Source of the DNA: a virus
Taxonomy: Duplodnaviria > Caudoviricetes
DNA: 54,017 nucleotides
IMG/VR virus record: IMGVR_UViG_3300018048_002591
Coordinates: 1-54,017 of that record
Direction: 5' to 3' (one strand)
Of this stretch, positions 38,266 through 46,288 are shown piece by piece. Within the stretch, counting starts at the first letter, position 1. Each line of letters begins with the position of its first letter. The notes under the pieces are model-generated. The model did no database searches, was not told the origin of the DNA, and saw nothing but the letters and a program-made list of their open reading frames with translations. The translations under genes were made by a program, and so were the position numbers.

Positions 38266-38291
38266 TTATATTGATATTAGTTACTTAGTTT
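38266..38291 (-). promoter_or_regulatory. Replication-class promoter AAAC-N17-TATAA
   Basis: AAACtaagtaactaatatcaaTATAA. Confidence 0.65.
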
Positions 38292-38737
38292 AATGTATAC
38301 TCTCTAATTATTACATCATTAATAATGTCACCCTTTTCAATTTTTTCAAGATGTTCCCACCCTTCAATTATGTGACCAAATGATGTATATGCTTCATCCA
38401 AACTTCGCCCTCTCCATCTTCCTAGAGATATAAAAAAGACACCTATTGATGAATGTTCTGGTCCTGAATTAGCAGAACTTAATACGCCAAAGAAATGCGT
38501 ATTATTATCTTTTGTTCTTCTAGGTGGTTTTGTTTCATCCCACATACGCCCATTGGCTTCTTTAGGACCACTCTGTATTACAAAGTTAGGTTCTACTCTA
38601 TAAAATTCAATTCCCTTAAATTGACCTGTTTTTGCATTATTAATGAATGCCCCAGTATGAATTGGTGTTTCTTCATAAAGCCGAAATACCATATCTCCTT
38701 TATCCATTTTAAATGTAGCTGTTGTTATCTTATCCAT
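38285..38737 (-). CDS. Cyclophilin-type peptidyl-prolyl cis-trans isomerase
   Basis: FYRVEPNFVIQSG, GVLSSANSGP, FFISL, YTSFGHIIEG. Confidence 0.85.
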   Translation of the reverse strand: MDKITTATFKMDKGDMVFRLYEETPIHTGAFINNAKTGQFKGIEFYRVEPNFVIQSGPKEANGRMWDETKPPRRTKDNNTHFFGVLSSANSGPEHSSIGVFFISLGRWRGRSLDEAYTSFGHIIEGWEHLEKIEKGDIINDVIIREYTLN

Positions 38738-39744
38738 TAGAATACTGACTTAATTTTAAATTCTTTTTGTTTCTTTTGTACACTCTTAAAAGAAGGTGGT
38801 TGCCAATCTTTATTATACAAGATACCCTTTAATTCATATTTAGGTTCATATTGAAAACCATCAAATTTCCATGATAAACCTGGTAAAAAATCTCTCAACC
38901 ATAAAGGCTTTTTTGTACCTATAGCATAATGAATAATTGAAGGAGTTACTTGTTTAAGATACCTTTCATCAGGAGTACCTGCCTTCATTCCTTTATCAAG
39001 ATTTTGCATAAGTCTTAAATCTTTACTATTGGTAAATTTAACCTTTCTCCCTTCTGCTAAATATCTATGAATATTAAAGTGGTGGAATCTCTGCTCAACT
39101 GTCCAGCTTGTATATCCTGTAAAGTTAAAGTAAAGATGATGAATAAATGGGTGCTTCATAAATCTTTCAAAATAATACTCTAACTTAGGATCGTCTCCGT
39201 ATATGATATTACCTGCATTTATAGAAAGTGCATTCATTTGCTCTAATGTAAAATCAGATTCAAAGATTTCATTAAAAGCATCCATTACATCATACTTATC
39301 CTTGTTTCTAATGTAAAATAGATTTTCCTTTTTGATACCGAACTCTTTATATTCATCCCACATGTAACTTATATCATTTAATATAAATACATCATCATCA
39401 GATACAAGAGTTCTCTTTACTCCAAATTTTTCTTTAAGATAAATTGGCATTAAGATCTTAAATAAGCAACCATGACTTAAAAGAAATTCCTTTGCTTTAC
39501 CTTCATAACCATGCTTCTCAATGTAATGGTCATAAAGATCATTAAGAATAATAATTTTGGCATTTTTAAATATATCCAAATCATGTTCTTCAAAAATACC
39601 ACTAAGTTTATCTAGGTCTATTTTAGTATCATCCACAAACAGATAAATGTCAAACTTCTCTTTAACTCCTCTAGGATAATAACTACATAAGATATTAGTA
39701 AACTCTAGACTGGATACGCCGATGGCTAAAGCTTTATCTTTCAT
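38737..39744 (-). CDS. GT-A fold glycosyltransferase (GT8-like)
   Basis: LVSDDDVF (DxD), INAGNI, EQ, IIHYA...KP: the GT8 motif order. Confidence 0.6.
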   Translation of the reverse strand: MKDKALAIGVSSLEFTNILCSYYPRGVKEKFDIYLFVDDTKIDLDKLSGIFEEHDLDIFKNAKIIILNDLYDHYIEKHGYEGKAKEFLLSHGCLFKILMPIYLKEKFGVKRTLVSDDDVFILNDISYMWDEYKEFGIKKENLFYIRNKDKYDVMDAFNEIFESDFTLEQMNALSINAGNIIYGDDPKLEYYFERFMKHPFIHHLYFNFTGYTSWTVEQRFHHFNIHRYLAEGRKVKFTNSKDLRLMQNLDKGMKAGTPDERYLKQVTPSIIHYAIGTKKPLWLRDFLPGLSWKFDGFQYEPKYELKGILYNKDWQPPSFKSVQKKQKEFKIKSVF

Positions 39745-39746
39745 AA

Positions 39747-41009
39747 TTAAATTATACTTTTTACTTTATACTTCTTTTTTGGTTTAGCTCCAATTTCTTC
39801 TGCTTCAATAATCTTATGATTAGTGTTATCTTGTTTTAGGAATGTATAATTTGTCATTTTTGCATTACCTTCACAAAACTTCTTCACCTCATCGGCCATA
39901 TCCATAGCAGTGGTAACTGGTACATTTTGTGCAATATGATTAACTTGGCGAGAAGATTCAATTTCAAAATCTAAAGGAAGACCCATTAAATGAAGCATCT
40001 CTCTTACATTAAGATATCTATTTTCTACAGGATGAACACCATTAAACATATTACGACCAATCAGAGCAGAAAAAGAATCATGGAAAAAATGTGGCGATGC
40101 ATCCCAATACCCAAGCCCTTGACTTACTTTATTCTTCTGATGCTCCAACATATCAATAAATGTCTTAGTTGACTTCTTATTGGAAAAACCTTCTTTTGGA
40201 TAATGTTTATCTAACCAGTCAATACATTCATCGAGTAATTCATTCTTATCAAGATACTGTGCAATAGTACCTTTCTTAAACTTAGCAGAAAATTCGGCAT
40301 GAGTTAAGCCTTCTTTTTCTAAAACAAACTCATACGGTCTAAAATGATCAGTGACCTTTCCAGGTACCATGAACATGTCTTGTTGTGTAGCATCCTCAGG
40401 TATTTCGTTAAGATAGTCAATAAGCTTTTTCTTTTCTCTAAACTTCCACTCTAACATTGGAACTGTTGGTGTATTCCAAAAGAAGTAAAAGGTACGCATT
40501 CTTCTCTGTGGAATACCATGTAATTCTGTATTGGTCTTAATGAGAGAAAAACTATATCCATGTTTTTCTGCAATTTCTCTAAGTCTTTCTACTACACCTT
40601 CTCCCATTTTAGTAAAAAGGCCTGGGGCATTTTCACCCCAAAGAACTTTAGGTTTTACATGTTCTAAAATATATTCAGATGATTCATACATCCATTTATT
40701 TTGAACAGCATCAGATCCACGCGATGCAGCAGATCCACTAGCAGAATTCAATAAGGATAAGCCTGCACATGGACAGACTGAATTTACATAATCAACACCT
40801 TCGAATGTTTGATTAGGTATTTCTAATTCTTCATGATCTAGTCTATACATTGGTACATCTGGCCAATATCTTTCAATATGGCTTTCGTTTGCAGCAAATG
40901 CTTCATAGCTTAAATGAAAAGCCGGTTCATTACCTGCAGATTTTTTACAACCTATGGCACTACCTCCAATAAGAGGAATAATAGTACCCCATTTTAATTC
41001 TTTACTCAT
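39747..41009 (-). CDS. C5-cytosine DNA methyltransferase-like protein with atypical motif I
   Basis: Motif IV CPCAGLS, VI GENAP, VIII GIPQRRMRTF, IX RYLNVREMLHLMGLP, X IAQNVP; motif I reads IIPLIGG instead of FxGxGG. Confidence 0.8.
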   Translation of the reverse strand: MSKELKWGTIIPLIGGSAIGCKKSAGNEPAFHLSYEAFAANESHIERYWPDVPMYRLDHEELEIPNQTFEGVDYVNSVCPCAGLSLLNSASGSAASRGSDAVQNKWMYESSEYILEHVKPKVLWGENAPGLFTKMGEGVVERLREIAEKHGYSFSLIKTNTELHGIPQRRMRTFYFFWNTPTVPMLEWKFREKKKLIDYLNEIPEDATQQDMFMVPGKVTDHFRPYEFVLEKEGLTHAEFSAKFKKGTIAQYLDKNELLDECIDWLDKHYPKEGFSNKKSTKTFIDMLEHQKNKVSQGLGYWDASPHFFHDSFSALIGRNMFNGVHPVENRYLNVREMLHLMGLPLDFEIESSRQVNHIAQNVPVTTAMDMADEVKKFCEGNAKMTNYTFLKQDNTNHKIIEAEEIGAKPKKKYKVKSII

Positions 41010-41012
41010 ATC

Positions 41013-41678
41013 TTATTTTTTATTATGTTTAAAAACACCATAATAACATGCCCCGCCATCGCCGATTCTTTCTCTTATCACAGGTAAGTTATCACCGAAT
41101 ACTGAGGAATATTCATCATATTGAATAATACCTACACTACCTTTACCACCTAACCATTTGTTAAGTTTGTCTTCCTTTAATTCATGAGGATGACCTTCGT
41201 GTGCAGGTATATCAATCCATTCAAATATTCTAATTACAGGCGCAGCTTTCTTGGCATTATTAATTATCTTTTCTGGATCTATTACATGCTGTAAACAGTT
41301 ATAGATCCAAACTTCATCATATCCCTCCTCATCAACATCTTCACCTGGTTTTTGATCATATTCAATATTATTAGCTGCATACCTATCAATTGTCCACTTA
41401 GGATACTTAATAGGATCCACAACCTTAGATCCTCCATGATCATGGCATTTAAGTAATAATGAAACCGGACCGCCCCCAATATCTAGTATTTTCTTTCCAT
41501 TAACAGAAAAAGAAAATGGGGAGTATTTATCAATACTCATTAGTTTAGCATAAAAGAATTGTTTTATTTCTTCATCAAGAGAATTACAACAATTCCCCCA
41601 ATAATCGGCTTCAAATTCATACAGAGGATTTTCTTCTACAAATTCACCGCTTGGTGTATATTTACCTACGTTTCCCAT
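41013..41678 (-). CDS. Class I SAM-dependent methyltransferase
   Basis: ILDIGGGP, VVDP, YDEVWIYNCLQHVIDP. Confidence 0.8.
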   Translation of the reverse strand: MGNVGKYTPSGEFVEENPLYEFEADYWGNCCNSLDEEIKQFFYAKLMSIDKYSPFSFSVNGKKILDIGGGPVSLLLKCHDHGGSKVVDPIKYPKWTIDRYAANNIEYDQKPGEDVDEEGYDEVWIYNCLQHVIDPEKIINNAKKAAPVIRIFEWIDIPAHEGHPHELKEDKLNKWLGGKGSVGIIQYDEYSSVFGDNLPVIRERIGDGGACYYGVFKHNKK

Positions 41679-41686
41679 ATTATTTT

Positions 41687-42709
41687 TTATATTTTTACTT
41701 TTTCAATTTCTAAATCTTCCATGAATGTTAAAGGATCAATTGTTCCTTCAGCGATTTCATTTTCAAGATATACAATAGTTTCCTTAATAGTATCTCTAAT
41801 ATCTTTCTTAGGTTCCCAGCCCATTGATTTGGCTTTAGAAATATCACCGCGAATATTTAATGCTTCTCCAGCAATAGGATCATAATGGTCAAAAGGAACT
41901 TCACCAACTCCCATAATATTGCCAATCATATTTTTAAGTTCCATTAGGTTTGTCATTTTACCTGTACCTAAGTTGAATGTTTGATTTGCAGTATTTTCAT
42001 TTTCCATACAAAGAATGTGGAATGCATTAACATCAGATACATCAATGTAATCACGAGCTTTCATATAATCTCCAAATACGATAGGATTATGACCACCTTT
42101 AATTCTTAAAATGAATCCTGCAAATACTGGCGGTATTGTTCTATTATAATCTTGTAGTGGTCCAGCTACATTAAAATATCTTAATGCAGTATAATTAAGA
42201 CCTTTAGTTCTCTGGTAAGATTCTGCTAATAACGCGAGGCATGCTTTAGATGTAGAATAGATGGTCGTAGGATCTGATTGTGTTTCGTTAAACCCAGCAT
42301 CTGGCATTTCACAGTTTTCATATACAGCAGAAGTTTCGCTAAATATGATTCTCTTAACACCTGCCTTAACGCAGCCATTCATTATATTAATACTACCTAA
42401 AATGTTATTGTCCACCGCTTCATAAGGATCTTCATTACAGTCATAGATCGAAACTAGACCTGCAAAGTGATAAACATACTCAGGCTTAAACTCTTGAATA
42501 ATATTTTCTACATATTGATTTCTAATATCCTCTTTATAGAAATGTTCAATTTGATCATGAACCTTAGGGATATAAGTACCGTGAGATAAGTTATCAATTA
42601 CAGCAATACAGTTAGGATTATGACCTCTATTTAATAAATCGTTGATAAAGTTTGTTCCAACGAACCCAGCTCCACCGGTGACCAGGATTTTAGTTTCAGA
42701 ATTATACAT
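41687..42709 (-). CDS. NAD-dependent nucleotide-sugar epimerase/dehydratase (extended SDR)
   Basis: TGGAGFVG, DNLS, HFAG, YSTSK (YxxxK), LRYFNV.GP, RDYIDVSDV, FNLGTG. Confidence 0.92.
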   Translation of the reverse strand: MYNSETKILVTGGAGFVGTNFINDLLNRGHNPNCIAVIDNLSHGTYIPKVHDQIEHFYKEDIRNQYVENIIQEFKPEYVYHFAGLVSIYDCNEDPYEAVDNNILGSINIMNGCVKAGVKRIIFSETSAVYENCEMPDAGFNETQSDPTTIYSTSKACLALLAESYQRTKGLNYTALRYFNVAGPLQDYNRTIPPVFAGFILRIKGGHNPIVFGDYMKARDYIDVSDVNAFHILCMENENTANQTFNLGTGKMTNLMELKNMIGNIMGVGEVPFDHYDPIAGEALNIRGDISKAKSMGWEPKKDIRDTIKETIVYLENEIAEGTIDPLTFMEDLEIEKVKI

Positions 42710-43967
42710 TTACGTTTTCAGTTTTAGTTACTCGTTCATAAGCTTCCCAGATTTTAGTATCTACATGTTCTCCAGTATAATATGAATCTTTAAGATATTT
42801 TTCTTGGAGGTTATAGAATAATTTCTTATAATGCTCTGGGTTTGCATTTAAGAATTCAATTTTCTTTTTGAGATCTTCTGGTGATTGACATCTAATAAAA
42901 TGACCTTCTGGGAACACATTAAATTCAGTATCGTAAGATGGGTGTAAGAAAGGTATAATACCATAGTGTAGCATTTCTGCATATTTAGAAGTGACCATAC
43001 CCTCTTTAATAGGAACGCAGAATGTGTATTTAGTTTTAAGAAGTTCATCGGTCATTGTTTCAATACGAGTTTCTCCCTTAAACCATTTAGAATACTTTTC
43101 TTTAATCTCATCATCCCATTTACCATAGATATCGGTTTCAATATCTTGATCTACAATATACTCTTTTACAGGATCCCAGCGGTCCATTCCACCTGAGCCC
43201 TTTCCTTGGTTTTGTAACATCATAAATGAATTATCTTTTTTCATTTCAAAGAGTTCATCTATGTCATATCGTTTTTTATCCAACAAGAATACTGTTTCAA
43301 TTCCTGAATATTCAAAGACAGAATGTATTTTTGCAGTTTCTCTAGTAGGTGGGTTACTAAAATACTCTTCATCTAATTCAAAGTTATTTTGCGCAAGATA
43401 ATAAGTAGGTCGATTATTATTTCCCCAATCCTTACATGAAAGAACGTATCGGTTATCCACCAGTAAACCTACGATAGGTACCTTCTTTTCCAATTCATTC
43501 ATTGCTCGAATAATTGGAGCAGCATAATACTTAAAGAAGTCTAAAGATTTAACTCTACCAGTACCATCTACTTTATTAATGTAATTTTCAATATTAACAG
43601 TACTTGTAGGTCCTGTATAGAAAAAGATAAAATCTAAATCTAAACTCTTAATAATTTCAACAGTTTCGTCTGCAGACTTTCTCTCTTTCATAGTAGAGTG
43701 AAATTCTTTGATATTGGAAGGAACTGCAGATTCTTCTTCTGGTGGTGGACCAAAGAGTGAATTTACCTTTGGCCTTTGTTTTGCTCTAAACTTACCTAAA
43801 TCATTAGGACTAAGTAACCAATACTCGGTATCTGGGTTACGGTTTGCAATTGAGCAGATAAGTTGTTTAGGTTCACAATCACCACCGATTGCACTCCAAC
43901 TATTTTCATTAAACTTAATGGCTTTACCTAATTTAAAAAAGCCGACCTTTTTTACGTTATCTTTCAT
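42702..43967 (-). CDS. T4 DNA beta-glucosyltransferase (BGT)-like GT-B enzyme
   Basis: Colinear by-eye matches to T4 BGT as remembered: LLVDNRY~LFTDIRL (catalytic Asp), FEYSGIE~FEYFPIE, DRWDPVKEY~QRESKMVEF, VTSKYAEM~ITLRVWET, SYDT~EFDT, SPEDLKKKIEFL~NRAELIDRVNEL. Confidence 0.7.
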   Translation of the reverse strand: MKDNVKKVGFFKLGKAIKFNENSWSAIGGDCEPKQLICSIANRNPDTEYWLLSPNDLGKFRAKQRPKVNSLFGPPPEEESAVPSNIKEFHSTMKERKSADETVEIIKSLDLDFIFFYTGPTSTVNIENYINKVDGTGRVKSLDFFKYYAAPIIRAMNELEKKVPIVGLLVDNRYVLSCKDWGNNNRPTYYLAQNNFELDEEYFSNPPTRETAKIHSVFEYSGIETVFLLDKKRYDIDELFEMKKDNSFMMLQNQGKGSGGMDRWDPVKEYIVDQDIETDIYGKWDDEIKEKYSKWFKGETRIETMTDELLKTKYTFCVPIKEGMVTSKYAEMLHYGIIPFLHPSYDTEFNVFPEGHFIRCQSPEDLKKKIEFLNANPEHYKKLFYNLQEKYLKDSYYTGEHVDTKIWEAYERVTKTENVNV

Positions 43968-43968
43968 A

Positions 43969-44676
43969 TTAACAATTTTGGATGATGTCTTCTATAACTT
44001 GTTTATCCTGTTCGTATGTTAAATCATACCAGCATATTCCTAATTTCTCAAACTTTAAATTTTCCATTGAATTTATAAGATGAGTGATTTCATATTCATT
44101 ACGATTTGATAACTTAATACTACTTAAATTATCAAATGCTTCTTTTGCAAAAATCATATATCCGCAAAAATACCTACCGCTTACCACACCATGCGGTTTT
44201 TCAATGACTACGTCTTCTAGGATAGTTGCAAGTTGTAAATTCCTTGCACGAGTATCGTAATCTTTATATGTAGCAACTGATACATTAGGATCGTGATATT
44301 CTAAACCAATATTTCCTTGATAGTAATTATCACCAAACAGACATAGGAACGGTTCATAAAATTTACCTTCCCATGCTTTAATAGCGGCACCCGGTCCATA
44401 TTCATCATCCTTTTGGAACTCATAGTAAATGTTTATCTTTTCCTTATACTTTGATAAACTTTCAATAATAGGATGAGATAGTTTAGTATTTCTATTCTTA
44501 AAGAAGAAGTCAGATTTACTAATTGTAACATATGCATCTTCTATACCGTTTTCAATACAAAATTCAATACAGTACTGAACTGTTGATTTACCTAAAATTG
44601 GATCAATGAGTTTATTTGATCCGTATCTTGTTGACTTACCAGCCGCCAAGATAATTGCCTTTCTTACTCTACTCAT
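43969..44676 (-). CDS. Sugar-1-phosphate nucleotidyltransferase (RmlA-like)
   Basis: AIILAAGKSTRYG.NK, FGDN, IEKP, SNRNEYEITHL. Confidence 0.85.
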   Translation of the reverse strand: MSRVRKAIILAAGKSTRYGSNKLIDPILGKSTVQYCIEFCIENGIEDAYVTISKSDFFFKNRNTKLSHPIIESLSKYKEKINIYYEFQKDDEYGPGAAIKAWEGKFYEPFLCLFGDNYYQGNIGLEYHDPNVSVATYKDYDTRARNLQLATILEDVVIEKPHGVVSGRYFCGYMIFAKEAFDNLSSIKLSNRNEYEITHLINSMENLKFEKLGICWYDLTYEQDKQVIEDIIQNC

Positions 44677-45419
44677 TTAGTATAATTAATTTCTAATTCA
44701 TCAAATAACTGGTGGCCCTTCTTAAGGAACATGCCTGCCAATTCATACCTTTCGTTTAATTCAAAAAATGGAACTGCTCCTAATAAATGAACTGCCAAGA
44801 AAAACTTTAATTGATATTCATCATACCATTGATACATAATCTTTTCAGCTTCTCTACAGAACTTAAGATATTTAGGATTCCTTTCATTGTATATATGGGA
44901 CTCATATTTCATAGTAAATGATTGCATTAATTTACCATGATCATAGTAACTCTGTTCTTCAGTACCGCGAGGATCAATAAAAATAAAATCTTTATCATAT
45001 AAGATATTACTTACGGTAAGATCACCATGTACAAAACCCCATTTTGAGGCAGCATCAAATTTACCATCATACTTATAACCTGTCCTAGTTTCAAGTTTAT
45101 CTAAATATGATCTTGTATCTACATCAGCACCATAACCGTCAAAGTCATTTACAATATGTATGAGCCTATCTAATTGATCTAACGATTTAATTAAAGGTTG
45201 ATCACAAATCTTTTCATACCATGTAGGATACCTATTCATTTCAAATGAAGTATCCGAAATTGGATTAATCTTAATAAAATTAGGATGACTGCAGTTTGCT
45301 AACCAATCCATTTGCTGTTTAAACTTTATAGGATAAACGCCTGCTTCTTTAATGACTTTATTATCTTGGAGATAAACGCGATCTCCACTATTTCCTACTA
45401 AAACTTTACCAGAATGCAT
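44673..45419 (-). CDS. APH/choline-kinase-like phosphotransferase (probable sugar kinase)
   Basis: GNSG, HGDLTVSNIL, FIDPRG, YDHGKL. Confidence 0.8.
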   Translation of the reverse strand: MHSGKVLVGNSGDRVYLQDNKVIKEAGVYPIKFKQQMDWLANCSHPNFIKINPISDTSFEMNRYPTWYEKICDQPLIKSLDQLDRLIHIVNDFDGYGADVDTRSYLDKLETRTGYKYDGKFDAASKWGFVHGDLTVSNILYDKDFIFIDPRGTEEQSYYDHGKLMQSFTMKYESHIYNERNPKYLKFCREAEKIMYQWYDEYQLKFFLAVHLLGAVPFFELNERYELAGMFLKKGHQLFDELEINYTK

Positions 45420-45958
45420 TTCATATTATTTTTAAGTGCGAATGTTGAATCTACTTCAGAATCACCAACCATAAGAAAATCAGTAAAGGTATATTCAGGA
45501 AATGTTTTATAGATAAGATCTGCCATGTCAGAATGAGGCTTCTTATTTTTAACATCATCTCTGGTTACAATAAGGTCAAATAGATTTGGGCTAATGTTAT
45601 GATACGACATAATTCTATCCACATTTTCCCTAGATGAATTAGATGCAATTATAACCTTTTCAAATTTTGAGTTTTCAATTATCCACAGAAGTAATTGGTT
45701 AACATTTGTTTTATGCAGGTTCTTAGAAAAGATTTGTCTTTTATATTTCTGAGCCAATTGAGATTCCTTTTCGGTTAATTGATATTTTTGCAATAGAACA
45801 TCCATTCCATAATTAATATCGGCCATAATAGTTTCTATTGGAATTTCTCTATTTAAGACTCTTTCCAATGCTCGCCTCCAAGAATCTGCATGAGTATCTA
45901 TAGTAGAAACTAATGTATCATCAAAATCTAATATTAAGCACCTTTCCATATAAACCAA
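45398..45958 (-). CDS. HAD-superfamily phosphatase/phosphomutase
   Basis: ILDFDDTL, ASNS, KKPH, VGDSEVD. Confidence 0.88.
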   Translation of the reverse strand: MVYMERCLILDFDDTLVSTIDTHADSWRRALERVLNREIPIETIMADINYGMDVLLQKYQLTEKESQLAQKYKRQIFSKNLHKTNVNQLLLWIIENSKFEKVIIASNSSRENVDRIMSYHNISPNLFDLIVTRDDVKNKKPHSDMADLIYKTFPEYTFTDFLMVGDSEVDSTFALKNNMKCILVKF

Positions 45959-45970
45959 ACTGATTTATTA

Positions 45971-45996
45971 TTATATAGAGGTTTTTAAAAAGGTTT
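45971..45996 (-). promoter_or_regulatory. Replication-class promoter AAAC-N17-TATAA heading the modification operon
   Basis: AAACctttttaaaaacctctaTATAA. Confidence 0.65.
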
Positions 45997-46021
45997 CAAG
46001 TAAATAGGACTTTATTAAACT

Positions 46022-46051
46022 AAAAAGGACCACTTTTCAGTGGCCCTCTTT
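46022..46051 (-). terminator. Rho-independent terminator after the Hc1-like gene
   Basis: Minus strand GGGCCACT-GAAA-AGTGGTCC-TTTTT. Confidence 0.85.
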
Positions 46052-46077
46052 ATAGGAGTGTCTGGGGACGTGTTATC

Positions 46078-46254
46078 TTACATGTTATTCTTAGTCTCTT
46101 GAACGTGTAATCTTAGTTCTTGTGCAAGGTTCTTAACATCTTGCATAGACTTACGAATTCTTACAGCAGCAGCTTTGTTTCCTTTAACGTAAAACTTTTC
46201 AACGTCTTCGCCTACTGCTTCAATAAGTGCTTTGATTTCTTCAAATTTTTCCAT
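46078..46254 (-). CDS. Hc1/'histone H1'-like small protein (58 aa), below the ORF-track cutoff
   Basis: MEKFEEIKALIEAVGEDVEKFYVKGNKAAAVRIRKSMQDVKNLAQELRLHVQETKNNM; KFY.KGNKAA..R.RK motif of the Bacteroidota/Chlamydia Hc1-like family; own promoter and terminator. Confidence 0.85.
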   Translation of the reverse strand: MEKFEEIKALIEAVGEDVEKFYVKGNKAAAVRIRKSMQDVKNLAQELRLHVQETKNNM

Positions 46255-46278
46255 AATAGTTATTTTTTATTGTTTTAA

Positions 46279-46286
46279 TATATATT
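46279..46286 (-). promoter_or_regulatory. Late promoter motif AATATATA
   Basis: Recurring motif upstream of the Hc1-like gene. Confidence 0.6.
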
Positions 46287-46288
46287 CA

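Noticed and set aside
38737-45958. Reading this cluster as a captured host LPS/capsule locus
   Set aside because: No flippase, polymerase or membrane proteins; it includes BGT-like and C5-MTase-like genes and has a phage replication-class promoter. Not strictly excluded for individual genes.
46052-46077. Short GC-richer stretch between the Hc1-like stop and its terminator as a possible small RNA
   Set aside because: Too short, and no convincing structure beyond the terminator
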